DNA from: an uncultured virus (IMG/VR IMGVR_UViG_3300037504_000331)
Taxonomy: Duplodnaviria; Heunggongvirae; Uroviricota; Caudoviricetes
DNA: 64,000 nt
Strand: one strand, 5' to 3'
IMG/VR virus record: IMGVR_UViG_3300037504_000331
Below, in pieces: positions 15,908-25,575 of this stretch. Every line of letters starts with the position of its first letter. Position 1 is the stretch's first letter. Below the pieces are notes generated by a model that had not been told where the DNA came from, did not search any database, and saw nothing but the letters and a program-made list of their open reading frames with translations. Position numbers and translations under genes: made by a program.

Positions 15908-17563
15908 ATGAGTGATCGTCGCAGCCCGGCCTCGATTCAGTGGGTAGACGACCTCAAGGATCACATCGAAGGGCTACAGGCTGACGCTCTCGGCTGCGAT
16001 GTCGGCGACGTACTCGAACGTCGTGTCGTCAGCGAGGACGAAGGTCAGCTCTGCGAGTGGCGCTTGATGGTCTCCGACTCGGAGCGCGTCTTCGAGTGGG
16101 TTCCCTGCGTTGTCGAGAAGCAGACCGGTCAGGAACGCTACCCAAAGTGGATGATGCTGCCGGGATCGCAGCAGGTATTCCTCTCGTGTCCGATCTTCGA
16201 GGCGCTCTACGAGGGCACGCGTGGCCCTGGTAAGACGCTCACGTTGCTCATGGACTTCGCCAAGGACGTAGGCAAGGGGTACGGCGACGCTTGGCGCGGT
16301 ATCCTGTTCCGCCGTCAGTTCGGCGACCTGGACGACGTGGTGCGTAAGGTCGAGGAGTGGTTCCCGCAGATTTTTCCGGGCTTCCGGTTCCTAAAGTCGA
16401 AGTCCGAGTACATGGGCGTCTGGCCTGACGGCGAGGCTCTGCTTTTGCGCCACATGCGCGGTCCAGAGGACTATGACGAGTACCACGGCCACGAATACCC
16501 GTGGATCGGCTGGGAAGAGCTGACGCAGTGGGAGAGCCCCGAAGCGTTCGACCTCATGATGTCGTGCTGCCGGCCGCCTCGCCCGGGTGTCCCGCGCCGC
16601 GTTCGCGCGACCACGAACCCATACGGTGTCGGCCACGTCTGGGTGAAGAAGCGCTACCGGCTGCCCGAGCGCCGGAATCAGGTTATCCGTAACCCGGGTG
16701 AGATGCCCCGCGTGGCGATCCATGGTGGCCTGAAGGAGAACTTCTTGCTCACCTACGCCGAGCCGGACTACCCGATCACGATCCGACAGGCAGCGCGCAA
16801 CCCTGCCCAGGCGGATGCGTGGCTTAACGCGGACTGGAACGTCACGTCCGGCGGCATGATCGACGACCTGTGGAACTACAACACCCACGTGCTACCGCCG
16901 ATCCCTGCCGAGAAGATTCCGTCGAGCTGGAAGATCACGCGGGCTTATGACCACGGCCAGTCGCACCCGTTCGCTGTGGGATGGTTCTTGGAGTCGTCGG
17001 GCGAACCCATCGTGATCGACGGCAAGCGAATCGGCTCCGTCCGCGGCGACCGCATCTTCTGGTACGAGTGGTATGGCACGACCGGCCAGCCCAACGAGGG
17101 CGTCCGCATGCCGGCCTCGCGTATCGGCGCCGGTATCCGCGACCGTGAAGAAGACCTCGGCGTGCGTCACCCGGGCGCTCGATCCCGCGTCATCCCGGGT
17201 CCGGCTGACACCGAGATTTTCAACAAGAGCAGCGACCGGGATGGGCGCTGCCCGGCTGACGACATGGAGGACGAGGGCGTCGACTGGGAACGCGCGGACA
17301 AGACCCCGCACTCCCGCCGCCGCGGCTGGGAGATGATGCGCTCCTACCTTCAGAACGCCTTCCCAGAGCCGGACGGCACGCGAGATAAACCGGGCTTCTT
17401 CATCTGCTCGAACTGTGAATACGCGCTCGATCTCATCCCGCCGATGCCGCGGGCGCCGGACGATCCGGATGACGTGCCGAAGAGCTACGAGGACCACATC
17501 TGCGACATGGTGCGCTACTTCTTGAACTGGGAAATTCCTGGGATGTGGCGCCGGGGTTTCTGA
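15908..17563 (+). CDS. terL: terminase large subunit
   Basis: Walker A GTRGPGKT, Walker B WIGWEEL, RATTNP motif, C-terminal nuclease acidic residues (YDHG, EDHICD). Confidence 0.92.
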   Translation: MSDRRSPASIQWVDDLKDHIEGLQADALGCDVGDVLERRVVSEDEGQLCEWRLMVSDSERVFEWVPCVVEKQTGQERYPKWMMLPGSQQVFLSCPIFEALYEGTRGPGKTLTLLMDFAKDVGKGYGDAWRGILFRRQFGDLDDVVRKVEEWFPQIFPGFRFLKSKSEYMGVWPDGEALLLRHMRGPEDYDEYHGHEYPWIGWEELTQWESPEAFDLMMSCCRPPRPGVPRRVRATTNPYGVGHVWVKKRYRLPERRNQVIRNPGEMPRVAIHGGLKENFLLTYAEPDYPITIRQAARNPAQADAWLNADWNVTSGGMIDDLWNYNTHVLPPIPAEKIPSSWKITRAYDHGQSHPFAVGWFLESSGEPIVIDGKRIGSVRGDRIFWYEWYGTTGQPNEGVRMPASRIGAGIRDREEDLGVRHPGARSRVIPGPADTEIFNKSSDRDGRCPADDMEDEGVDWERADKTPHSRRRGWEMMRSYLQNAFPEPDGTRDKPGFFICSNCEYALDLIPPMPRAPDDPDDVPKSYEDHICDMVRYFLNWEIPGMWRRGF

Positions 17564-17624
17564 GCCTGGACAGTACAGTCCGCATCGAGCATGATGCGTT
17601 GACCAAACGAGGAGCTGACGAACG

Positions 17625-19166
17625 ATGGCCGAGAAAGACCCCAACGACCCCAGCGTCCCCTCGGCGGCCTACAACTACATGGCCCCGAAGTGGGCGCGGA
17701 TCGACACGCTGCTTGGCGGCACGGATGCCATGCGCGAGGCCGCGGACGAGTACCTGCCGCCGCACGATCAGGAAAGCTCGGCCAACTACCAGGATCGCTT
17801 GCACAGCACGACCCTTTTCAACATGGTCGAGCTGACGCTGGATTCGCTCGTCGGCCGCCCCTTCTCGTCTGAAGTCCAGCTCAGCGACGACATGCCCGAG
17901 AACATGCAGGCGCTCATGGACGACGTTGACCTTCAGGGCAACAACGTGACCGTGTTCGGCCGCGCATGGTTCCGTGAGAGCATGGCGAAAGCCTTCTCGC
18001 ACGTCCTGATCGACATGCCAGCGATGCGAACGACGGATGACGAGGGTCGACCGATCCGCCGGACCCGTGCCGATGACGCCCGCGAGCGGCGCCGGCCGTA
18101 CTGGGTACTCATCAGCCCTGAAAACGTCCTCGCCATGTACTCCGAGGTCGTGAACGGCCAGGAGCAGCTCACGCACGTCCGGATCAAGGAGGATGTGGTC
18201 GAGCGCGAGGGCTTTGCCGAGGTCCTGCGTGAGCGAATCCGCGTCCTGGAACAGGGCAGCTACGCGGTCTACGAGAAGCAGTACATCTCGAAGAAGTCGA
18301 GCAAGTTCAAGTGGGTCAAGGTCGAAGAGGGTCAGACTGGTCTCCCGATCATCCCCATGGTGACGTTCTACACGAACCGCCAGGGGCTCATGATGGGTAA
18401 GCCGCCGCTCGACGACTTGGCGCATCTCAACGTCCGCCATTGGCAGTCGACGGCCGACCAGATCAACGTCCTGACGGTCGCCCGGTTCCCGATGCTCGCT
18501 GTGGCTGGCGCCACGGACACCAGCGGCGCCACTATGGCAATCGGTCCCCGGCAGCTCCTCGGTACGAAGGATGCCAACGGCCGCTTCTACTACGTCGAAC
18601 ACACCGGACGAGCGATCAACGCCGGCCGTCAGGACCTCATCGACCTCGAAGAGCAGATGGCAAGCTACGGGGCCGAGTTCCTGAAGCGGCAGCCGGGCAA
18701 CGCGACGGCGACCGGCCGCGCACTGGACTCGTCCGAGGCTACCTCGGCGCTACAGGACCACGCGATCCGTTTCACCGATGCGCTGAATCAGGCCATCGCG
18801 ATTACCGGCATGTGGTTGAACATGCAGGAGCCGGGCAGCGCGAAGATCAACACCGAGTTCGGCCAGGGTCAGATCGAGGATGCCGAGGTCAAGGCCCTGC
18901 TCGAAGCGCGGAAGAACGGCGACATCCCGCGCGAGACGTTCCTTGCCGAGTTGAAGCGTCATGGCGTCCTGTCTGACGACTTCGATCCGCGGCGAGCGAT
19001 GATGCTCTCGCTTATGGAAGCTGCCGGAATGGACCCCGCACTGGCCGACCAGTTGCAGGGTGACATGAGCGAGATTCGCCGATTGGCCGCTCAGGCTGAG
19101 CAGAACAACCAGGGAGACGGAAATGAAGGAGAGCCGGGCGCTCCGGGCAATGCCGGCAACGGTTAA
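17625..19166 (+). CDS. portal protein (DUF4055-like)
   Basis: 513 aa after terL; GGTDAMR..YLP, RPYW, PPLDDLAHLN motifs. Confidence 0.85.
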   Translation: MAEKDPNDPSVPSAAYNYMAPKWARIDTLLGGTDAMREAADEYLPPHDQESSANYQDRLHSTTLFNMVELTLDSLVGRPFSSEVQLSDDMPENMQALMDDVDLQGNNVTVFGRAWFRESMAKAFSHVLIDMPAMRTTDDEGRPIRRTRADDARERRRPYWVLISPENVLAMYSEVVNGQEQLTHVRIKEDVVEREGFAEVLRERIRVLEQGSYAVYEKQYISKKSSKFKWVKVEEGQTGLPIIPMVTFYTNRQGLMMGKPPLDDLAHLNVRHWQSTADQINVLTVARFPMLAVAGATDTSGATMAIGPRQLLGTKDANGRFYYVEHTGRAINAGRQDLIDLEEQMASYGAEFLKRQPGNATATGRALDSSEATSALQDHAIRFTDALNQAIAITGMWLNMQEPGSAKINTEFGQGQIEDAEVKALLEARKNGDIPRETFLAELKRHGVLSDDFDPRRAMMLSLMEAAGMDPALADQLQGDMSEIRRLAAQAEQNNQGDGNEGEPGAPGNAGNG

Positions 19167-19524
19167 GATCGGGAGCAAGATCGTAGACGTGCGGGCGTCA
19201 GAGTGCCTGCGCGAGACCAAACAACTCGGTCACTGCAACTGGTTCCAGAGTGACATCACTTTAGAGAAGGATCAGTCCAGCCACGAGTTGGTTAACACGC
19301 TCTTGCACGAGGTCCTCCATCTGCACTGTCGGAAAGCCAGCGCTGAGCACGTTGATGACTTTCGCAAAATCGAGGAGTATGTTGTTAACCTAATGGCTAT
19401 CTCGTTTTGCGAGATCGTCACGGATAACCCGGAACTCATCAAGTGGATAGTTAACACGCTCAAGAGACCTGATGAGGACCGTGAGAGGATGCGAGAGAAT
19501 GCCCCGGACCCCGAAGAAGAATGA
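19123..19524 (+). CDS. HEXXH zinc metallopeptidase-like protein
   Basis: NTLLHEVLH...EE motif. Confidence 0.6.
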   Translation: MKESRALRAMPATVKIGSKIVDVRASECLRETKQLGHCNWFQSDITLEKDQSSHELVNTLLHEVLHLHCRKASAEHVDDFRKIEEYVVNLMAISFCEIVTDNPELIKWIVNTLKRPDEDRERMRENAPDPEEE

Positions 19525-20041
19525 GACCAGCGAGAAGCTGAGCAAGCGCAAGAAGCGCGCGTTTCTCAATGCTCTTGCCAAGACCGGTCGCGTGGCGCAT
19601 GCCGCGCGGGCGGCCGGCTACACCGATTCCCGCTACCTTCAGAAGATGCGTCGAGAGGACGAGGAGTTCGCGAAGGAGTGGGACGAAGCGGTCGAGGCGG
19701 CCGGAGACCTTCTGGAAGACGCGGCGATGGAACGCGCCATCCAGGGCGTGGCGGAGCCGGTCTTCTACAAGGGCGTGGTGGTAGGGCACAAGGTCGTCTA
19801 CAGCGACCAACTCCTTCAATTCCTGCTCAAGCATAACAAGCCGGACAAGTACCGGGAGAACCACAACGCTGGCGGCGCAGGCGCCTTCAACTTCGCCGTT
19901 CTGCCGGTGCCGCTTGCGAACCCCGATGACTGGGAGAAGATCGCCGGCAAGGTCCTCGAAGGCCAAGCGATGCCGATCTCTCAGAACGTCGTCAGCACCG
20001 AGGACGAAAACGACGGCCGCCAGCTAGTGAGGAAAGGCTGA
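19499..20041 (+). CDS. terminase small subunit-like HTH protein
   Basis: FLNALAKTGRVAHAARAAG...F..EWDEA...ERA...YSD.LL.FLLK. Confidence 0.7.
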   Translation: MPRTPKKNETSEKLSKRKKRAFLNALAKTGRVAHAARAAGYTDSRYLQKMRREDEEFAKEWDEAVEAAGDLLEDAAMERAIQGVAEPVFYKGVVVGHKVVYSDQLLQFLLKHNKPDKYRENHNAGGAGAFNFAVLPVPLANPDDWEKIAGKVLEGQAMPISQNVVSTEDENDGRQLVRKG

Positions 20042-20256
20042 TGCCAACACCACAGAACCAGACACGAACCGTCCCCGCCTGGACTAAGACTTTCTTGCGG
20101 GAGTTGGAGAAGGGTCGCCCCATTGACACCGCATGCAAGTTGTCCGGCGCCGGCCGCGAGCGGGTAATCCAGCAGAAGCGTAAGGACCCTGAGTTCGCCA
20201 AGAAGATGGAAGACGCTCACGAGAAGGGGCGCAACAAGAAGGGCTTGCAATTCTGA
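20041..20256 (+). CDS. short HTH protein resembling the N-terminus of the preceding TerS-like protein
   Basis: FLRELEKG...ACKLSG...KDPEFAKKMEDA. Confidence 0.6.
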   Translation: MPTPQNQTRTVPAWTKTFLRELEKGRPIDTACKLSGAGRERVIQQKRKDPEFAKKMEDAHEKGRNKKGLQF

Positions 20257-20345
20257 GCCCTTCACCGATACGTTAACTCATGAGCAGCCTTACCGGGTGA
20301 TCCGGGAGGCTCAACCCACGCCGGGTGATCCGGCCCAGAGGAGCG

Positions 20346-21224
20346 ATGACAATGGACGAGTTCGATTTTGTGCAGAACGAGGCTGTCTCCGACATCGAGA
20401 CGGTCCCGGAGAAATTCCGCGGCCTGTATGCCGAGGACCAGGAGAACGGCGGCTACAAGCTCGCCGATCACGCCAAGCCGCTCGCGCAGGCGTACACCGG
20501 TCTCCACAAGAACTTTAAGGACGCGAAGAACAACAAGAAGAAGGCGAACGACGAGTCCGCCGCGCGCCGGAAGCAGCTTCAGGAGGTCGAGCAACTGGCG
20601 TCTGAGCTGGAAGTGGACCTGGAACAGATCGACGGCGAGCAGAACACCCTCGGTACTGCCCTGAAGGCCAAGATCGACGAGCTGCGCTCCCAGGCGAAGA
20701 ACGGTAAGGATGTGCAGCACAACATCGACAAGGTCCGTCAGGATGCCGAGAAGCGCATCGGCGAGGTCACGCAGGCGAAGGACAAGGAGCTTCAGACCAT
20801 GCAGACTGCGCTTCAGCAGCACATGGTTTCCGACGCTGCGACTCGCGCGATCACGGCCGCCAAGGGTAGCGCTGAGCTGCTCCTGCCGCACATCGAGCGC
20901 CACTGCAAGGTCGTGCAGAACGGTGAGCGCGCCGACGGCACGCCGAAGTACGAGGTGGCTGTCCTGGACCAGGACGGCGACATCCGGACGAACGGTCGCG
21001 GCGACAATATGACCGTCGAAGACCTCGTCGAGGAGATGAAGCAGTCCGAGAAGTTCGGCCGTGCTTTCGACAGCGAGACGCCGAGCGGCACTGGCGCTGC
21101 CCCGGGCCGGCAAGGTCCGAATCCGGGCGCGCGGCAGCAGAACCGCGACAACATGAGTTCGACCGACAAGATCGCGGCTGGCCTCAAGGGCGGCAAGTAC
21201 GGAAGCGGCCGTCCGCGGGCTTAA
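20346..21224 (+). CDS. capsid scaffolding protein
   Basis: Coiled-coil protein upstream of the MCP; C-terminal MSSTDKIAAGL. Confidence 0.75.
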   Translation: MTMDEFDFVQNEAVSDIETVPEKFRGLYAEDQENGGYKLADHAKPLAQAYTGLHKNFKDAKNNKKKANDESAARRKQLQEVEQLASELEVDLEQIDGEQNTLGTALKAKIDELRSQAKNGKDVQHNIDKVRQDAEKRIGEVTQAKDKELQTMQTALQQHMVSDAATRAITAAKGSAELLLPHIERHCKVVQNGERADGTPKYEVAVLDQDGDIRTNGRGDNMTVEDLVEEMKQSEKFGRAFDSETPSGTGAAPGRQGPNPGARQQNRDNMSSTDKIAAGLKGGKYGSGRPRA

Positions 21225-21439
21225 TTAGCTGCTTGACTTCCCTGACCTGATGGTTAACAGTCAGGGTTAACACATCCGGTGCTCCCCGGGCTGCGGCCCG
21301 GGGGCCACTGTGAGGAGCAAGGGGCCCTCCCGGGTGATCCGAGGGGCCGTTCTGAAAGACGGCGAGATGCCGTGCCTCCAGACCGGACTCAGAGTTCGAG
21401 ACTACAGGATCACACGGTAGCCCAAGGGAGGACCCAATC

Positions 21440-22408
21440 ATGCCTACCGTCACTCTGACCGAATCCGCCAAGCTGGCCCAGGACGAACTCGTCGCTGGCG
21501 TCATCGAGAACATCATCACCGTCAACCGCATGTTCGAGGTCCTGCCGTTCGACGGGATCGAGGGTAACGCGCTGGCCTACAACCGCGAAGAGACCCTCGG
21601 CCCGGTCGCGACGGTCGGCGTCGGCAGCACGGACGGTGCCATCGGCTCCGGCGTCTCCGGCACTAACTCGACCGAGCGCGGTGCTGCGAAGGACGCTGCG
21701 ACCTTCAAGCAGGTGACTTCGAGCCTCACCACGATCATGGGTGACGCCGAGGTCAATGGCCTGATCCAGGCGACCCGCTCCGGCGACGGCAACGACCAGA
21801 CGGCGGTCCAGATCGCTTCCAAGGCGAAGTCCGCCGGCCGGAAGTACCAGGACCAGCTCATCAACGGCGACGGCTCGAACTTCACGTTCAACGGTCTGCT
21901 GGAACTGTGCGCGGCTAGCCAGGAGGTCGACACCGGCACCAACGGCTCTGCCCTGTCCTTCGCGATCATGGACGAGCTGATGGACCTCGTGACCGACAAG
22001 GACGGTCAGGTCGACTACATGGCGGCGCACGCTCGCACGATCCGCTCCTACAAGTCGCTCCTGCGCGGCCTGGGCGGGGCGTCCATCGGCGACGTGGTCG
22101 AGCTGCCGTCGGGCGCCGAGGTCCCGGCCTACTCGGGTGTTCCGATCTTCCGGAACGACTACATCCCGACTGACCAGTCCAAGGGCACGTCCTCGAACAC
22201 GACCACGATCTTCGCTGGTACGCTCGACGACGGTTCCCGCCAGCACGGCATCGCCGGCCTGACCGCCGAGATGGCCGCCGGCATCCAGGTGGTCGACGTG
22301 GGCGAGAGCGAGACCCGCGACGAGCGCATCTGGCGCGTCAAGTGGTACTCGGGCCTCGCGCTCTTCTCCGAGAAGGGCCTGAGCTGCGCCCCGGGCATCA
22401 CCAACTAA
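21440..22408 (+). CDS. major capsid protein
   Basis: 322 aa, extreme codon bias, GGAGG RBS; TLTESAKLAQDELVAGVIE...LPF..IEGNALAYNRE. Confidence 0.88.
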   Translation: MPTVTLTESAKLAQDELVAGVIENIITVNRMFEVLPFDGIEGNALAYNREETLGPVATVGVGSTDGAIGSGVSGTNSTERGAAKDAATFKQVTSSLTTIMGDAEVNGLIQATRSGDGNDQTAVQIASKAKSAGRKYQDQLINGDGSNFTFNGLLELCAASQEVDTGTNGSALSFAIMDELMDLVTDKDGQVDYMAAHARTIRSYKSLLRGLGGASIGDVVELPSGAEVPAYSGVPIFRNDYIPTDQSKGTSSNTTTIFAGTLDDGSRQHGIAGLTAEMAAGIQVVDVGESETRDERIWRVKWYSGLALFSEKGLSCAPGITN

Positions 22409-22480
22409 GGGCTGACGCCCTGATCCGTGGGGGGAGGTCTCCGGGCCTCCCCCGCTTCTCCTTGAAGGGAGGATACTGAC

Positions 22481-23059
22481 ATGCCTGCGTATCTGGTCGA
22501 AGTCGACCCGAGCGTTTCCGGCCGCTACCTCGTTGGCGGCGGTGATTCGCACGTGGTCTTCGCTGCGGATGCCACGGGGGCTCGCGAAGCCGTCGCCGCT
22601 CGATTCGGTGACGACTCGAACTCCTTCTGGAACGACACCAACGCCGTCAACGTAACGGAGCTTGTGGCCGATGCAGACCTCGAAGGCTGGGTGTTCGCGA
22701 TCAAGCTCTACAACACGACGGATCGCCTGCCGGCTGAGCAGGTTTCTGTCACGGGCGGGGCTGGCGATGCTCCGGACGATGTGGCTGCTGCTCTGGTTAC
22801 GGCTCTCAACGCTACTGGGTCTATCGCCAACGCCTCGTACAACGACACCTCCAACACGCTCACCGTGGCGGGTGCCGGCGACGGCATCGGTGACTGGACC
22901 TTCTCGATCACCGCCGTGCCGCCTTGGGGCGAGACTACTGTCGACAGCCTGTTCGGCACGCTCACCGACGAGGGAGCCTCCGGCGATGCTCTCACCGTGG
23001 TGATGCCCGGCGACAGCGACACGCTGCCGTTCCACTACGCCACTCTGCGCACGCGCTAA
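22481..23059 (+). CDS. virion structural/decoration protein
   Basis: Follows the MCP; GGAGG RBS; Ala/Thr/Gly-rich. Confidence 0.65.
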   Translation: MPAYLVEVDPSVSGRYLVGGGDSHVVFAADATGAREAVAARFGDDSNSFWNDTNAVNVTELVADADLEGWVFAIKLYNTTDRLPAEQVSVTGGAGDAPDDVAAALVTALNATGSIANASYNDTSNTLTVAGAGDGIGDWTFSITAVPPWGETTVDSLFGTLTDEGASGDALTVVMPGDSDTLPFHYATLRTR

Positions 23060-23078
23060 CCGGCGTAGGCTGAAAGCG

Positions 23079-23108
23079 AAGGCCCCAGGTTCACGCCTGG
23101 GGCCTTTT
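23079..23108 (+). terminator. Rho-independent terminator
   Basis: AAGGCCCCAGG-N6-CCTGGGGCCTT-TT. Confidence 0.75.
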
Positions 23109-23168
23109 GCTTGCCAGGGCTAGTCGAGACGGCTACGCTTCTGGATCGAGGGGTGATCCCTCGCGACG

Positions 23169-23831
23169 ATGACAAAACAGGAGATGACGATGTCGATGAT
23201 GAGTGTCACGCTCGTACTGACGGGCGCGTACAAAGGGCGGACCTGCGTGCTCAACGGCAAGCAGTTCGTTGATGGGAAACACACCATTCAGGGCGATCCT
23301 GACGTGATCGCCTCGGTGTGCAAGTACATGGGGCGCTCCTACCAAGCGTACCCCGAGGGCTCGGAAGAGCTGAAGCTGGCCCAGGCCCGCGACCGCGGAG
23401 AGGACATCAGCCATGGCGGCGACACTGACGCTTCGGAAGCTAGCGAATCGGGGCCGGCAGAAGCGGTTCCAGGCGACGATCACGCGGAACTCGGATCGTC
23501 TGCCGCGGAAGGAGCAGATGACGGCCAACTCGATGCTGGAAGTGACGCAGGGGATTCCGGGGTTCGTCCCGACGGGGACGGACACGAACACTCCGGGCTT
23601 TCCGCGTCGGGCGAAGGCTCGGAGCACGGGGCCGGCAACAACCCGCGGCTTAAAGGGGTGATCCAGGACCTCGACCCGGACCTCGACGAGAACTGGACCA
23701 AGACCGGCAAGCCGGCGCTCGCGGCCGTGCAGAAGGCGTACGGCGCCGACGTGACCCGCCAGGACATCAACAACGCGGCGCCCGGCTGGGACCGCGAGAA
23801 GGCCCAGGAGAAAGCCCTGGCCGAGATGTAA
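23169..23831 (+). CDS. head-module protein with acidic low-complexity linker
   Basis: ORF; C-terminal WTKTGKPAL domain. Confidence 0.7.
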   Translation: MTKQEMTMSMMSVTLVLTGAYKGRTCVLNGKQFVDGKHTIQGDPDVIASVCKYMGRSYQAYPEGSEELKLAQARDRGEDISHGGDTDASEASESGPAEAVPGDDHAELGSSAAEGADDGQLDAGSDAGDSGVRPDGDGHEHSGLSASGEGSEHGAGNNPRLKGVIQDLDPDLDENWTKTGKPALAAVQKAYGADVTRQDINNAAPGWDREKAQEKALAEM

Positions 23832-23843
23832 CAGGAGGCCGCT

Positions 23844-23993
23844 ATGCCGTGGCGCGTACGCAAGAAGCCGGTCAAGGGTAGCAAGAACTGGGCGATCCAG
23901 AAGAAAGAGGGCAACTCCTGGAAGATCGTGGGTCGCTCTACGTCCAAGCAGAAAGCCCAGGCTAGCGTGCGCGCCCGGCGCGCTTCCGAATAG
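23844..23993 (+). CDS. 49-aa basic peptide (MPWRVRKKPVKG...)
   Basis: AGGAGG RBS; below the track cutoff. Confidence 0.65.
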   Translation: MPWRVRKKPVKGSKNWAIQKKEGNSWKIVGRSTSKQKAQASVRARRASE

Positions 23994-23994
23994 G

Positions 23995-24023
23995 TTGACC
24001 CCCTGTTAACCATGCAGCATACT
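23995..24023 (+). promoter_or_regulatory. sigma70-like promoter overlapping a near-consensus CtrA box
   Basis: TTGACC-17-CATACT; TTGA-N7-TTAAC. Confidence 0.5.
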
Positions 24024-24061
24024 CCTGTTCGAGTTGTCCTCGAACGCAGGGAGAATGCGTC

Positions 24062-24337
24062 ATGGCTATCGTACCTCATCTTGTCGAGAAGGTCGCCGAT
24101 CCCGGTGACACGGTCATCGACGGCATCGAAGCTGTCGTGATCGCTATCGACGACACCCAGGAGACCTCGGCTGCGCTGATCCAGCAGGCGGCGGTCGACA
24201 AGGTTAACGCCGAGCTGGGCTCCGGCAAGCTGCCCGACGGATACTTCACCTCGAACCGTGCTATCGGCGCCACCTTCGACGCGGATGACGACGTGGTCGT
24301 CTTCTCCGGCAAGAAGGTGCTGGAAGCCATCGCGTAA
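24062..24337 (+). CDS. hypothetical virion protein (91 aa)
   Basis: GGGAG RBS; codon bias. Confidence 0.7.
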   Translation: MAIVPHLVEKVADPGDTVIDGIEAVVIAIDDTQETSAALIQQAAVDKVNAELGSGKLPDGYFTSNRAIGATFDADDDVVVFSGKKVLEAIA

Positions 24338-24350
24338 CGGGAGTAGGCCC

Positions 24351-24554
24351 ATGGCCCGCGGTTTCATGAAGCGTGCCGCCATGTTCCGGCAGAAGTCCGG
24401 CGGCGGCATGAACAACCCCACGACCAGCGGCCGGGCCTCGTCCCCTCGACGCCCTGCCAACGTCTTCGGTCGTGCGTCTCAGTTCTCGAACGCCATGTCG
24501 AACCCGCCTAACAAAGGCGCTCGTCGGGCGAAGCTGGGCAACCTCAAGACGTAG
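24351..24554 (+). CDS. 67-aa basic peptide with no Asp/Glu (MARGFMKR...)
   Basis: GGGAG RBS. Confidence 0.6.
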   Translation: MARGFMKRAAMFRQKSGGGMNNPTTSGRASSPRRPANVFGRASQFSNAMSNPPNKGARRAKLGNLKT

Positions 24555-24564
24555 GAGGTCGTCG

Positions 24565-24615
24565 ATGGCGAAGCACATGAAGAAGAAGCGCAAGAGCAAG
24601 CGTAAGTCCAAGTAG
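24565..24615 (+). CDS. 16-aa protamine-like peptide MAKHMKKKRKSKRKSK
   Basis: Perfect AGGAGG SD with correct spacing. Confidence 0.55.
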   Translation: MAKHMKKKRKSKRKSK

Positions 24616-24650
24616 ACCGGCTGCGGCCGGCGGCATAGGAGGGCCATATC

Positions 24651-24848
24651 ATGGCAAAGCGAGGGACTACCAAAAGCGTCGGGATGGGTTTCAAGCGCAT
24701 GTCCAGCTCCGGCGTCCGTAAGGGCAACGATGGCCGGAAGAACGTGGTCATGCGGGGCCGTCCGAAGAGCACCAGTTCCCAGTTGATGACCGGCATGGTC
24801 GGTCGCAACATCCGAGGCACCTACCTCGGCAGCGGCGGCGGCAACTAA
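24651..24848 (+). CDS. 65-aa basic peptide (MAKRGTTK...)
   Basis: AGGAGG RBS; only one acidic residue. Confidence 0.65.
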   Translation: MAKRGTTKSVGMGFKRMSSSGVRKGNDGRKNVVMRGRPKSTSSQLMTGMVGRNIRGTYLGSGGGN

Positions 24849-24924
24849 GACCGCTCCCCTGCGGGACAACGACTAACCGGGCCGGGGCCGCGATGCCCCG
24901 GCCCCACTACTACAGGAGGCGTCC

Positions 24925-25572
24925 GTGGCGTTCACGGTTGAAGATGGTGGCGGGAATAGCTCGGCGAACGCGTATATCGACGAAGCCTTCGCTGACCAGT
25001 ACCACGAAGACCATGGTCACGCCGGCTGGGGCCTCCTGACGACTCCTGAAAAAGAGACTTCCATCGTCCGGGCAACCTCGTTCGTCGATAAGCGCTTCGG
25101 CATGCGCTACGTCGGCTTCCGCCGCTCGAAGTCTCAGAACCTCGAATGGCCGCGTCTGGACGCTTTCGACAAGGACGGGTTCCTGCTCAGCGGCGAAGAT
25201 GAGATTCCGCGGCTCCTGAAGCGCGCGGTCGCCGAGTACGCGCTGCGGGCCGCTATCTACAACATCCTGGCGCCTGATCCGCTGCGGGCGGTGCCGGGCC
25301 AGGATTTCAGCGATCTCTCGACTGCCCAGAGCGGTCGTAGCGCGAGTCAGGCCGGCGCTGTCAAGAGCACGCGCGTCAAGGCCGGGCCGGTCGAAAGCGA
25401 GACCGAGTTCCAGACGGCCGCCGACATGGCCGCCAAGTCGAGCGGCGGTCGCGGCCTGCAATCCGGTCTGCTCAACGACTTCTACATTCCGGAGTACCCG
25501 GAAGCTGATATGTGGATCGAAGAGCTGCTGCGCAGCGGTCAAACCGGCGTCATCCTCTCGCGAGGAGATTAA
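24925..25572 (+). CDS. head-tail adaptor (DnaT-like family)
   Basis: FTVEDG.G...ANAY, QNLEWPR, IP..LK.AVAEYAL motifs. Confidence 0.75.
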   Translation: MAFTVEDGGGNSSANAYIDEAFADQYHEDHGHAGWGLLTTPEKETSIVRATSFVDKRFGMRYVGFRRSKSQNLEWPRLDAFDKDGFLLSGEDEIPRLLKRAVAEYALRAAIYNILAPDPLRAVPGQDFSDLSTAQSGRSASQAGAVKSTRVKAGPVESETEFQTAADMAAKSSGGRGLQSGLLNDFYIPEYPEADMWIEELLRSGQTGVILSRGD

Positions 25573-25575
25573 CCT

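Noticed and set aside
21254..21270. CtrA box upstream of the capsid gene (similarly at 15324)
   Set aside because: TTAA half-sites are 9 and 10 nt apart rather than 7; at most half-sites.
21410..23035. Long antisense ORFs (also 17433-18602, 30900-31985 and many others)
   Set aside because: Shadow frames of strongly biased high-GC genes; no RBS or recognisable motifs.
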